Below, one piece after another: positions 1-10,829 of a stretch of DNA of 64,000 nt. The notes beneath the pieces are model-generated. The model worked only from the letters and a program-made list of their open reading frames with translations, was not told the DNA's origin and did not search any database. Made by a program: the position numbers and the translations under genes. Position 1 is the stretch's first letter; each line of letters opens with the position of its first letter. This stretch comes from an uncultured Verrucomicrobiae bacterium. Lineage in GTDB: Bacteria; Verrucomicrobiota; Verrucomicrobiia; Limisphaerales; JAFGQR01. The stretch lies in assembly GCA_963788655.1 (NCBI GenBank), contig CAWBHS010000081.1, positions 73,187 to 137,186 of the forward strand, given 5' to 3'.

Positions 1-1410
1 CGTCCCGCTGGCGTCCACCGTGGCCCGAGCAGTCAGGTCTTGAATCTCGACGTAAGCGTCGGCGTCGTAGCCCAAGGTAAATTGAAATTCCAAGGTGCCC
101 TTAATGTCCACCATCGGGCTGGGATCAAACGCCGCATCCAAGACTGCGCCGGCGACATCGCTGAGCGCTTGGTTGAGGTGGGTCTGGGTCAGTTGCAGGT
201 TGATGTCCCAGGAAAAAGGATCGGAGGCGTTCGTGCCATAATGGCCCAGGACACCGAGGATGGTAATTTCGAAACCAGCGACGGTCGTCCCGTCCCAACT
301 TTCGATTTCACTGGTGACCTGTGATTGGTTCGGTAACAGAGCCAGAAGCGAGTTCAGTTGACCGCGAATGGCATCGTTGATTCCCTGGCCGGCATCGGCC
401 CAAGCGCCAATCGTCGAGCCGATCAGTGGCAGGTCTTCAGCCAGTTCGCCGATCCCGTCCAAGCCATTGGCAATCTGCTGCAATTTGACCAACCCGTCTT
501 GCAATGCCGTCTCTGCGGTCGGGACAATCGTGTGGGTGGAGACAACTTGAAGGGTTAGATCATTGGCGTTATAGACCGGAACAAAAGCCAATTCCGGATG
601 GCCAGGGATACTGGTAGTGCCACGCCAATTGGCAAATTCACCGGTGCGTGAGCCCCAAGTGAAAATAACAAAAGTATCTCCGGCGGAAAGTGTTGGGCTG
701 CCAATGACTTGAATTTGAAGAGTGCCGTCAAGTTCGGCCAGACCGCTAATAACAAATTGATCGTGTCCCGTCGGGTCAATCCCGGGACCGTCCGTTCCTC
801 CAATGCGAATCGTAGTAGTTTCACCAAGCTCCTGGCTGAAGGTCGTCAGATTTGTGACCGTAATGCCAACCGGGGCGCCTTGAGTTTCCAGAGCTGCTTC
901 CAAGAGAGGGGAGGCAGACTCAAGCAGTCCGTCAGCAGGAGGTCCGTTGGCGCTGCGTAACGTCTGGGTCAATTGACCCGCCATGGAATCGGAAACGGGA
1001 TTGAAATCGGGTTTGATCGTCGGCGGCAGTTCGTCCGCCTCGAACGGTTCGCTTGGCGACTGTTCGGTCTGGTTTTCAGTCGCTTCGTGTTCCGCATTTA
1101 CCTTTTGCTCGAATGTTCCAGGCTGTGACTCATTGTCACTCTCTGGTGCGGACGAGGATTCGCTGGAAGCAGGAGAGGAATCGGAAGAAACATCTTCAAA
1201 GATGTTCCCCAAACTAGAGGCCGGATCGTAGTCAAGTTGCTCCTCATCAGCGTCAGAATTGGCAGGAGATTGCTCAGTCGTTTCGACGGGATCAAGGAGT
1301 TGGTCGGCCAGAATGGCACCGGCACATGCGCCGGCAACGTCTGCGGAAAGCATGATTCGCGGCTCCAGAGCCTCGAGTTCGAATCGTCGTTTTGAGGTTT
1401 CGTGCTTCAC
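1..1410 (-). CDS. LEPR-XLL domain large exoprotein, 5' part (runs off left edge; absent from ORF track)
   Basis: Manual translation from GTG at 1410 gives VKHETSKRRFELEALEPRIMLSAD (LEPR-XLL motif), then an acidic S/E/D-rich linker, TLRSANGPP and beta-rich sequence (HDQFVISGLAELDGTLQI); frame open to base 1. Confidence 0.88.
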   Translation of the reverse strand, partial: MKHETSKRRFELEALEPRIMLSADVAGACAGAILADQLLDPVETTEQSPANSDADEEQLDYDPASSLGNIFEDVSSDSSPASSESSSAPESDNESQPGTFEQKVNAEHEATENQTEQSPSEPFEADELPPTIKPDFNPVSDSMAGQLTQTLRSANGPPADGLLESASPLLEAALETQGAPVGITVTNLTTFSQELGETTTIRIGGTDGPGIDPTGHDQFVISGLAELDGTLQIQVIGSPTLSAGDTFVIFTWGSRTGEFANWRGTTSIPGHPELAFVPVYNANDLTLQVVSTHTIVPTAETALQDGLVKLQQIANGLDGIGELAEDLPLIGSTIGAWADAGQGINDAIRGQLNSLLALLPNQSQVTSEIESWDGTTVAGFEITILGVLGHYGTNASDPFSWDINLQLTQTHLNQALSDVAGAVLDAAFDPSPMVDIKGTLEFQFTLGYDADAYVEIQDLTARATVDASGT

Positions 1411-1514
1411 TGCTGATCCAATCAGTCAGGCCGTTCCACCCGCAGACTTGGCCACTTAAACTCAGTGAACAAATCATGTCCAGGGTAAACTTTATTTTTC
1501 CGCGAACGGGGAAA

Positions 1515-1543
1515 CCTATAATAAAGGATGGTTACTTTGTCAA
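1515..1543 (-). promoter_or_regulatory. Putative sigma70 promoter for the LEPR-XLL gene
   Basis: Minus-strand TTGACA (1543-1538), 17-nt spacer, TATAGG, within an AT-rich patch ~100 bp upstream of the start. Confidence 0.4.
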
Positions 1544-1757
1544 TAGGAATATTTTATTGATCATCACTTTTTGCCCCTCGCCCGACCCCGCATGGACGCC
1601 AACGAGATCGCATACCTTTTTCTCCACCGCACACTGATGCGCGTTTACGCTAGATTTCCCAGGAACCTTGTTCTGCTTTGTTACAAAGTCCCTGCATCCT
1701 CACAAGCTCCCCTGCCCTGTCTTTCAACGTTACAATCCTTCACGTTTCAAGCAGTCG

Positions 1758-3371
1758 TCACCGTTTCCGCCCCTCCGCCCGCCAGACGTAAAACCGAAAA
1801 TGCGTGAGCGCGCGCTTGCGGGCAATGACCACAAAAACAATGTCCACGGCAAGCGCCAAGGCGCCGGCAATGAGCGGCGCAATCCAAATCCCCCACTTGC
1901 CGAAGGCGACCATGAAGAAGAAGATTCCCTGTGAAAAGCTGAGCGCAAACCAGGGGAGCACTTTGACGAAAGCAATGGTTTTGAGCAATGCGACGCTTGG
2001 GCTTTTCGAGGTCAACCCCATCCAGATGCCGAACCATCCCACCGCCAGCAGTCCGACGACGAATTTGGCCACGCCCGCGACCAAGGAGACGAGTTGCATC
2101 ATCTGGTAATCCGGTTGGTTGGGCATGCTGGAGGAAACGCCGGACGTGCCGACAACCGCGACGATACTGACAAATACCTGCAAGGCCAGGAATAACAGCC
2201 CGGGCATTAAGAACAAGTCCAACAACATCCGCCAGTGGCCCCGCACAATCTGCCGGGGAGTCAAAGGCGTCGCCAGCAACAGTTCCATCATGCCGTTGTG
2301 CCGCGCATCCACCAGGAAGCGGCTGGACTGCGACGCAAACCACAACGTGAAAATCACCCCCGCCAAAAGAATGACCCCACTGCTGATTTGCATCAGGCCG
2401 AGCCCGCCCTTGCTCTCCCACACTGTTAAGAAGATGACCGCCGCCGCCCCGTACATGACCGCGCGCAATCCCCACGCCAGCCAGCGGTCCCGCCCTGCAA
2501 GCCACAGCACGGGATTTCGGTCCAGCAATTTTCGTCGCCGTAGCGCGCGTTTGCTCGGCGCGGTTGTGGGCGACTGGCGCCGACGGAAACGGAATCGTGA
2601 CCCGACGGCTTTTTCCTGCCAGTTGCGCGGCGCCACTCGGCAGGCCAATGCCAGGAAACTCCAGCCGATAATATGGATCAATCCCAAGCTGGGCCAGAAC
2701 TCGGCGGATCGGTCGTTGCCGGCCTGGAGGAAGGAACAGAGCGAACTCACCAGACTAAAACGGGGCACAAACAGACTTTGATCCCCGCCCGCAATGGCCC
2801 AATCGACCACCCAGGGTAACAATAGAAATCCCAGCCCCGCCAGCAAGGTAGCACTCATGGCCTTCTGCGAATCACGGCTGAGCGACGAAATGCCAACCCC
2901 CAGGGCTAGTGAAAAAAACAACGTGTTGCACCACACCAGCATCAACCGCCAAAACTCGCTGCCGGTCACGCCCCCCACCAGGAAGACCAGCCCCATGATG
3001 GGAAACACGGCCAGTACGCCATAGACGGCCCGCAGCGACGTGGCCAGCAACTTCCCCAACACCACGTCGTAACCCCGCAAATCGGTGAGGAACAACAAGC
3101 CCAGCGTGCCTTGGCGTTTTTCCTCACTGAGACAGTCCGAAGTCAAAAACACACCCGCCAGACTTACCGCCACAAAACCAAGCCATTTGAGAATGCTGAA
3201 GAGGATGGAACCCAGTTGCGAAAGCCACATACCCTGTTGCAGTCCGGCGATAATCAAAACGCCAGCAGTGATCAGCGCAGCGAGCAATGCCGCCCCTACA
3301 CGGGTCCAGTGGGTTACGGTCTTCCGTGCCGCCACCCGCAATTCCCGATCCACGATGGGGAGAAACGTCAT
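1758..3371 (-). CDS. ABC-2-type transporter permease-like membrane protein
   Basis: 537 aa, many TM segments, duplicated permease motifs (SEEKRQGTLGLLFLTDL; DARHNGMMELLLATPL). Confidence 0.8.
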   Translation of the reverse strand: MTFLPIVDRELRVAARKTVTHWTRVGAALLAALITAGVLIIAGLQQGMWLSQLGSILFSILKWLGFVAVSLAGVFLTSDCLSEEKRQGTLGLLFLTDLRGYDVVLGKLLATSLRAVYGVLAVFPIMGLVFLVGGVTGSEFWRLMLVWCNTLFFSLALGVGISSLSRDSQKAMSATLLAGLGFLLLPWVVDWAIAGGDQSLFVPRFSLVSSLCSFLQAGNDRSAEFWPSLGLIHIIGWSFLALACRVAPRNWQEKAVGSRFRFRRRQSPTTAPSKRALRRRKLLDRNPVLWLAGRDRWLAWGLRAVMYGAAAVIFLTVWESKGGLGLMQISSGVILLAGVIFTLWFASQSSRFLVDARHNGMMELLLATPLTPRQIVRGHWRMLLDLFLMPGLLFLALQVFVSIVAVVGTSGVSSSMPNQPDYQMMQLVSLVAGVAKFVVGLLAVGWFGIWMGLTSKSPSVALLKTIAFVKVLPWFALSFSQGIFFFMVAFGKWGIWIAPLIAGALALAVDIVFVVIARKRALTHFRFYVWRAEGRKR

Positions 3372-3636
3372 GACGTTGGCTAGTCAATCGCCAAACCGCC
3401 GGCATGAAAAGTTAAAAGCGTCACTCGCGAGCTGCCGATTTGGAACAAACAAGAATGAACCCAGCGCGGCGGAGCCGTATCCAAACTTGAAGTGTGAAAG
3501 GATTGAAGCGTGAAAAATTCGCGCGGCCCGCGCAATACTTGAAAGTTAGCAGGACGAACCAGCCGCCGATGGTAGGGCTCTGCCGGTTACACCACGGTTC
3601 AAAGCTAGGCGAACCGCAAGATTTTGGACGGCTCTG

Positions 3637-3706
3637 TTCACCGCCAAGTCACGAAGTGCGCAAAGATCAACAACATCCTTTGCGCGCTTCGTGCCTTGGC
3701 GGTGAA
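3637..3706. repeat. Palindromic hairpin repeat with ~9-nt-period arms (same family as 16658-16730)
   Basis: ttcaccgccaagtcacgaagtgcgcaaag / ctttgcgcgcttcgtgccttggcggtgaa, 27 of 29 complementary. Confidence 0.85.
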
Positions 3707-3989
3707 ACAAGCCCTTCGCACGGAGTCATGACGTTCGAAATCACTATTTTGGAGCCACTTGGTTTGCGACACCCCCCGCCCTTCCCCACCAACTCTTAAA
3801 CCTTGCGCAACTCCCGCCAATGTCTCCTACTGCTTCAACTCTTCGCCCCTGTAAACTTTGTCGTCTTAACGCTCCGATGCACTGCTCCGCGCAGCTGAAA
3901 GGAGTCGCCCAATCTCTTACTGCGGCAGTCGAGCACGTCGCCCAAGTTGCCAACGACGGCCGGCGTACTTTCTGGCCCTCCGGTGCGAC

Positions 3990-4956
3990 GTGCTTTTGCA
4001 CGCCACCGAAAAGGTCCACCGAACGGGAAATCGGAAAGTAAACGTTGCCGGCGACAAATCCACCAAGCAGCACATCGCTGTCGCGGCCACTGCCTTTCCA
4101 AGTGATGGGAAGGCCAGCAACGGTGGTGGTTTCGTTGAAGCTGACTTCGCTGTCCACGACCGCCAAGGCCAAGCCGACACTGAGCGAACACGACAACCGG
4201 CGAGCCAAAGACATCTCCACGTACGGACCCAGCCGAAAACCATAAATGAACGCGTTGAACCGCCGTTCCCCGGTGGTGACTGCGGAAGCCGTCATGGGAG
4301 GCTGCGGGATCGGCACGTCGCTGATGAGCGCGCCCGGCCCATAAAACGTGCCTCGATACGCCCAACCCGGAGGCGGCCCGGACGGCGGAATGATTCCGCC
4401 CAAATCATAGGCATCCACCAGGCGAGTCACACTTCCCGAGACAGGCCGGTCATCGCGAATCTCGATGTCGGTGCCATGAACGCCGCTTCAATTCATCACG
4501 GTCTCGCGCCTGCCGAGGTTTAGTTGACGCTGATAAACCAGTCCAAAGCCATGATGCGGATTGCCGTCGCAAGTCTTGCTGTCGGCGAAGCCATTGGCGG
4601 CCGACCGGCTCAATAAAAGAGAGTCGCCTGAAATCTGGCTCGGACTGATATACCCCCAATTCCAAGTCAAACCGTCGCCCACGGTGCTGTCACGGCGGAC
4701 ATAGCCGTCGTCGTAATCTCGATCCATGTCTCCTCCCGGCATTCCGGGTGGCAGGCTGGTGGCGAAACCGCCCCGGCCTTTGAACTTGGCCGAGACGTTG
4801 AATGCCATTCGGTAGCCCAAACCGAAACGGTTGCGCGAATCCGGCTGCACGGGCACGGTCGTCGAGCTCAGCGTTTGGGGTTCCCCTAGCCTCCGACGGC
4901 GTGAGCGAAGTCCAGAGCAAGAACGCCAATAGCAAAGTGCGGGAGAGGGTATTCAT
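3990..4956 (-). pseudogene. Putative outer-membrane beta-barrel protein, frameshifted and apparently C-terminally truncated
   Basis: Signal peptide MNTLSRTLLLAFLLW at 4956; pieces in ORFs 4488-4856 and 3744-4430 with amphipathic beta strands (YGFRLGPYVEM, SLSVGLALAVV, VDLFGGVQ); sequence degenerates after ~4000. Confidence 0.55.
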
Positions 4957-4966
4957 GGGGATGGCC

Positions 4967-6651
4967 TTAAGGTAACAACACAACGCGATAGAACCGGACG
5001 GCGGGGCGGCTTTGGGTTTTGGGCGGACCGCTATCGATCCATTGCACCTGACTGCCGTTTCCCTGAATGGGCGGCAGGGCGGTCAGCCATGTTGCCCCGG
5101 CGGTCAAGTTGCTGCTGTATTGCACGTAATAATTACGGTTGGAGAGCGTGCTGAATTCCACCAGGCATGTGCCGTTGGTCAAGGCAACCTTCGGCGCCGG
5201 CATGGAGGTGGTGACTGGCAGATCCACGCGGGCAACCGGCGCGATAAGCGTGTGATATCCCGGATTGAAGATGCTGGCTGCATTGGTGAACGCGGCTAAT
5301 TTGCAGCCGGTTGGTGAGGTAATATTCGAGGTGGAACTCCACCGTATCGCCGGGCGCCAGGGCCGGATTGTGTTGCACGTACAGCAAAGCGCCATTGGTC
5401 CCGGAGACGTTCCACCAAACGCCGCCGGCAGGGGGGTGGTGGCCGCTAATTGCACCGCCGCAATGGGGACTTGGCTCGAATTCTTCACGATCACCGTTTG
5501 CTCGAACAACCCGGTTTGCCGATTGAGAACCAACGGCCCGATGTAATTGAGCGCTGGTCCGCCCAGAATGGTGATGCGCTGCTCACAAGCGGCGGTATTG
5601 CCGCAGGTATCGATCGCCGTCACCTGCGGACCAATGTGTCTATAAATGTATTGGTGTCGATCACCTGGATGTCTACGATGGTGAGAACGGGACGGATCAA
5701 CATTAAAGGGCACCAAGGGCAGCCAAAGGCAAACGGCTGATTCCAGTTCACCGTCAGATCCGCCGGAAATTGGAGGACTGGAGCGGTGCCATCGTTGAGG
5801 GTAAAGACTTGGGTGTCGCTGACGGAATTGCTCTCGCAATCCGTCATAGTATAAGTGCGCATGAAAAGTGCCGGACAGTTGGTGTTGATGAGCTCGTCCT
5901 GGTGGGTCAATATCAAGTCAGTGCATGAGCAGTTGGCGACGCGTCCGCCCAACGTGAGAAACTCCTCGATGGTCGTGGCCGCCGGCGGGATGTCCGCCAC
6001 GTTGGCGACATTCGTGCCGGGCGGGGTGGTGATGGCATTGGAGGCGCACAAATCCAACGCAAAGCTGCTGGCGATACCGGTTCCGCTGGGAGGATGGGTA
6101 ATGACCGCTTCGAGCGTGATCGAATACGGCGTCGTCACTGTGGCTCCAGCGGTGGATGTCCTGTCAAAGGCCCCGCCCGCAAAAGGCCCCAACTGAAGCC
6201 AGGCCGTTCCGGAAGTGTCCAGTGGTTGATTGGACGCATTGGCATAGAGCCGGAACGTCCCGTTCGCGGATTGCGCGAGTGTGCCGCCCACGGCGGTGAT
6301 AAATTCGAAGGGCGGCACCGCTTCAAAATCCGTCTCCGAAAATTGCAGGGTCAGCGTGCCGCCAGGGTGCTCGCGTGGATAGAACTCAACGTCTATCCGA
6401 GGTGACCACGGTTGCCCGACATTGGGCTTGGTCCGTCCCGAAGTGACGGTGACATTAAAAGCACCGATGCCGCCGACATAGGTAATGATTCCGGGCACGG
6501 GACTCGAATCCAGCGGATCGCCGTCCTGGACCGTGACGGTCGTGCCGCCGGAACGAAGTTGAAGGACGGGAACAGCGGTGATCCTCAATGGTGCCAATAG
6601 ACAAGCTAAAGCAAACAAGATACCGCTCCATACCGCGAGTCGCGTTTTCAT
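4967..6651 (-). CDS. Secreted surface protein with HYR-like repeats and C-terminal FYR motif (frameshifted)
   Basis: Signal peptide MKTRLAVWSGILFALACLL; HYR-like RTYTMTDCESNS and TAIDTCGNTAACEQRITI; ends RFYRVVLLP; split over ORFs 5620-6651, 4967-5839 and 5133-5387. Confidence 0.7.
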
Positions 6652-7064
6652 TGTAATCCATTACTAAAGCCTGTTCGAATGCCGCCATTTCGCAGACACA
6701 GCGTCAAGCGAGCAAGCGCGCATCCAATAACATGCCGATCCGACGACTAATCCGGTTACTTCCGCCATCGAACGATCCACCGGGCCTTGGATGGGCACAT
6801 GAGCCCGCTGGACCAATCCGAACCTGTTCCGATGCACATTTGCCTCGTCATTGCCGGCGAACGCACACCAATCCAGGGTTCTAACGTATGCGATGCTAAC
6901 AAGAATGGTGAACCACACAAATAAAAAACACACCTTATCCGTATTTTCACAGACAGTAATGTCCCATAGCAGGGGGGCAGGGAAATTTCGCTTGGTCTTG
7001 AGTCAGTTCACCAACGTGTGCCGGCACCCCATTGGTAAGCGTTGCGCACTCCAGTCCAAGGTCT

Positions 7065-7170
7065 GCACTGTCTCCCATCCGCAATCCTGCCGCAATCCAC
7101 TTCACCGTCATCGCCGTTTCCACGCGTAAACGCCCCGCGACCACAACTTCTCCGGTACGAACTCTGGGCA
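7065..7170 (-). mobile_element. Y1/RAYT-like transposase C-terminal remnant
   Basis: VVAGRLRVETAMTVKWIAAGLRMG resembles the recalled C-terminal LARRLRxETTMTLKWIAxRLxMG segment of these transposases. Confidence 0.55.
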
Positions 7171-7375
7171 ACGTCCAGCAGACTGGACAAGGGCTCCCTG
7201 GTCGGCTTTAAACGAGGCCGTCCGAAGTTGCAGAGTCATGATCCAACGCCCTGACACAAGCAGCACGGCGTTCGAGGCGACCAATGCCCGGGCAAGCATT
7301 ATCGAGAACCGACCGGGACAGACGCACGCGGGTTTGCCTTGCTTGCGCTGCCAAGTTGCTTCACAAAAGAGCAAA

Positions 7376-7921
7376 ATGCGTAAGCAAGATACCAAAACGC
7401 TTAATGCCAAATTGGCGCGAGTGAAGTTGCTGTTGTGCGACGTGGACGGCGTGTTGACCAATGCCACCGTCTTCCTGGGCAATGGACGCGAGTTCAAGCA
7501 GTTCAACATCCTGGACGGCTTGGGCATGCGCATCCTGCAGCGCGAAGGTATCAAGGTGGGTTGGTTGTCCAATCGCCCGTCCGCCGCCACCAAACAGCGG
7601 GCCGAGGAATTGAAAATCGATTTTCTCTATCAGGCCGACGGCAACAAAATCACGGCCGTCGAAGCGATTCTGGCCAAAACCGACTTGGACTGGGCGGATG
7701 TTTGTTTCATGGGGGACGACGTGGTTGATCTGGGCGCGCTAAAACGAGCCGGCGTGCCTGTCACCGTGGCCAACGGCATCCCGGAAGCCAAACAGTTGGC
7801 GGCCTACGTGACTCGCGCCGAGGGCGGCCACGGCGCCGTCCGGGAAGTCGTTCGCCTGATTCTCAAAGCGCAGAAGAAATGGGACAAGGTCGTCGCCCGA
7901 TACATCCAAGAAGGCAAGTGA
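7376..7921 (+). CDS. kdsC: 3-deoxy-D-manno-octulosonate 8-phosphate phosphatase
   Basis: HAD motifs CDVDGVLT, FNILDGLG, GDDVVD, GGHGAVRE; upstream of lpt genes. Confidence 0.92.
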   Translation: MRKQDTKTLNAKLARVKLLLCDVDGVLTNATVFLGNGREFKQFNILDGLGMRILQREGIKVGWLSNRPSAATKQRAEELKIDFLYQADGNKITAVEAILAKTDLDWADVCFMGDDVVDLGALKRAGVPVTVANGIPEAKQLAAYVTRAEGGHGAVREVVRLILKAQKKWDKVVARYIQEGK

Positions 7922-9985
7922 ACGTCTGCCCCCGCCATAATTTGTTTTTTGGCCTGGCCGTCGGGATGATTGGGATGGCGATGCTCGTGGGATTAGATCA
8001 ATCATTGTCCGCGCAGAATTTCAACCTGGGACGGATGAAGGATTTTCGATTTCCCCAGTTTTATGATTCCGCCGACGTTCCCGCCGGCCAAACCACGCGC
8101 CTGCGCACCTTGATCACCGGCGCCGTAGCGACCCCGCAATCGAACGGACTGGTTCTGGTAACAAGTGCCCGCATCCTGAGCTACGCCCGCAACGGCACCA
8201 CCAATGCCATCACCGAGGCGCCGGAATGCCTGGTGAATACCACCCGTCGCGAAGTGTTCTCCCCCGGACCGATCCAACTGCAGACCGGCGATGGTCAGTT
8301 CCAGACCGAGGGTCAGGGGTTTCTCTGCCGGCTGACGAATTTTAATATTTTCATTTCCAACAACGTTCGAACGGTGATCAAACAGGTAGCGAGCAACCGG
8401 TTCTCCGGCCTGGCACTTGGTGATCTGGCCCAATCCGGCCAATCCAAATCCAACACCGCCACCACGGTCCAAGCCCCAATCACCGTCGAGTCCAAGCAAC
8501 TCAAGTTCAATCGGGAAGCCAACGAGGTGCTCTACGAGCGCATCGTAAGAGTCAACAACGCCCAATTGGGTATCGCCTGCGATCGGCTGCGGTTGCAATT
8601 GGATACCAACGGTACCATTGAAGAAATTGTGGCCGACCAGGAGGTGCGGATCACCAGCAAAACCGATTCGAGCCGGGCCGAAGCGGACCGGGCGATTTAC
8701 ACGGCGGCTCCAGATCACGCCGGGTTGCAACTCCTCGGCCATGCCCGGTGGAACGACGGCGCCCGATCCGGCGCGGCGGAAACCATGACGTTCGATCCTG
8801 CGCGCAACATCCTGGTGGCCCACCATGATGCCCTGCTGCAACTGCCCCGGACCGCGGTGAGGCAGTTCAGTAGCCTCTCCGGCCCGACCAATGCGCGAAC
8901 AAATCAACCGCCGGCGGGTTTCACCACACTCTCAAATCAATTCGTGGATGTCCGTGCGGAATGGCTCACCATCGAGCTTCCCGCTGCGGACCGGCCGTTC
9001 CGTTCAGTACCGGGCGCAAACCAATGTGGTGATCCTGAGTCCCGCCGACCACAGCCAGGCCACGGGCGACGAGGCGACTTACCACGAAGCCACGGGGCGA
9101 TTGGCACTCACCGGCCAAGCCCAATGGCAGGACGACGAACTGCTCATGAAGGCCCGGACACTCGAATATGACCGCACGAACAATGTCTTCAGTGCCCAGG
9201 ACGACGCCTATTTGAAAATGCGCCTCTCGGCGGTCGGTCGGCCCAAAGCGTTAGGCGGTTCTACCGGCAACTCAGCTTCGGCGTCGGCGCTGACCAACCA
9301 ATTCATCGAGGTGAATTGCCAAGGTTACGACTACAAGAACGAATGGCTGACGTTTCGACATGACGTCAAAGGACGATTACTCGAAGGCGACACGTTGCAA
9401 GGCACGGTCAATTGTGAGTCCGTGGGCTTGAAGTTCCACAGCAACCGACTCGAACGCGTCGAGTTGCATCAGAAGGTGCGGGCGGACCAGTTACCGCTGG
9501 GGCCGCGCAACCAAGCGCGGGTGGGCCGCACGCTGACCTGCGAAAGCCTCGAAGCTGATCTTTCACCCGACGGCTATATCCGCCATCTCGTCGTCCGCAC
9601 GAATGTTCTGGCCCGGCAAATGGATTGGCTGGCCGGCAGCTTGGTCAGCACAGAAACCACGTTTGCCGCCAACATCGTGACCGCGGACTTCTTCCCGCAC
9701 ACCAATGCGGTGGCGGTCGCCGTGGCGGACGGAAACGTGGTGGCGCAGCAGGACCATCGAACCGCCAGTGGCAACCAGGCCGTGTACACCGCTACCAACG
9801 ACCTGCTCGTCCTGCACGGAGACGCCAGACTGGTATTGGATTTGGGAGTCGTGTTCACGAGCCCCAGCTTCAACCTGCGACCGTTTCAACGCTGGCTGCG
9901 CGAAGGAGAGGTGGGGGCTTTCGGTCTGCCCGTGTTGCCCCCGCGCAAAACCGAATCGGCCTCCACCCGTCCGCCCCATGACTGA
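7918..9985 (+). CDS. LptC/LptA(OstA)-like multi-beta-jellyroll LPS transport protein (frameshift ~9010)
   Basis: GTG overlaps kdsC stop; N-terminal TM; repeated OstA-like units (AEADRAIY, ATGDEATY, ASGNQAVY); lies between kdsC and lptB; ORFs 7879-9171 and 8891-9985 join with a 1-nt shift. Confidence 0.8.
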
Positions 9986-10012
9986 CCACAAGCCGCGCCG
10001 ACATCTCCACGC

Positions 10013-10735
10013 ATGAGCCTGATCAAAACCGACCAACTCGTTAAAGAATACCGTGGCCGTCGGGTGGTAAACGGAGTTTCGATCACGGTGAATGCCGGGC
10101 AGATTGTTGGATTGCTGGGGCCGAACGGCGCCGGCAAGACCACCACCTTCAACATGGTGGTGGGCGTCGTGAAACCGGACCGCGGGCAGGTCATTTTCCA
10201 GGACCGCACCATCACCACGGAGCCAATGCACTTGCGCGCCCGGTTGGGCATCGGTTACTTGACCCAGGAGCCATCCGTGTTCCGCAAGCTCACCGTCGAG
10301 CAAAACATCCTGGCTATTCTCGAAACCTGCCGGATGAGTCGCGAGGAACGCCGGGTGCGGTTGCGCTATCTGTTGGACGAGTTGGACCTCACGCCGCTGG
10401 CCGCCAACAAGGCCTACACCCTCAGCGGCGGAGAGAAGCGCCGGCTGGAAATCACCCGCTCGCTCGTGACCCACCCGAAGCTCATGCTGCTGGACGAACC
10501 GTTCAGCGGCATCGACCCGATTGCCGTTTACGAGGTCCAGAAGATCCTGCGCCGTCTCAAGGAACGCGGCCTGGGCATTTTGATCACTGACCACAACGTG
10601 CGGGAAACATTGAAGCTGGTGGACCGGGCTTATTTGATCCACAAAGGCGAAGTGCTCCGGGAAGGCAGCGCTGAGTTCCTGGTCAACGATCCGAAATCCC
10701 GAGAGATTTACCTGGGACCGGAATTTAACTTGTAA
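10013..10735 (+). CDS. lptB: LPS export ABC transporter ATP-binding protein
   Basis: GPNGAGKTT, YLTQEPSVFRKLTV, LSGGEKRR, LDEPF, TDHNVRETL, YLG..F C-terminus. Confidence 0.97.
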   Translation: MSLIKTDQLVKEYRGRRVVNGVSITVNAGQIVGLLGPNGAGKTTTFNMVVGVVKPDRGQVIFQDRTITTEPMHLRARLGIGYLTQEPSVFRKLTVEQNILAILETCRMSREERRVRLRYLLDELDLTPLAANKAYTLSGGEKRRLEITRSLVTHPKLMLLDEPFSGIDPIAVYEVQKILRRLKERGLGILITDHNVRETLKLVDRAYLIHKGEVLREGSAEFLVNDPKSREIYLGPEFNL

Positions 10736-10829
10736 CCGCAACTTGGCACTGGTTTTGCATGCGCAAGACCACTTAGATTGGCGCCGGCACAACTGATGAG
10801 TTCACCAACTAAACCCACCCTAATCTGCT

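Noticed and set aside
3790..3990. Another transposase remnant truncating the barrel gene
   Set aside because: Only a faint resemblance; cannot be supported without a search
9563..10792. Long antisense ORFs (e.g. 9563-10792, 44623-45831, 28907-29860, 16847-17728)
   Set aside because: Shadow frames of well-supported genes in high-GC DNA
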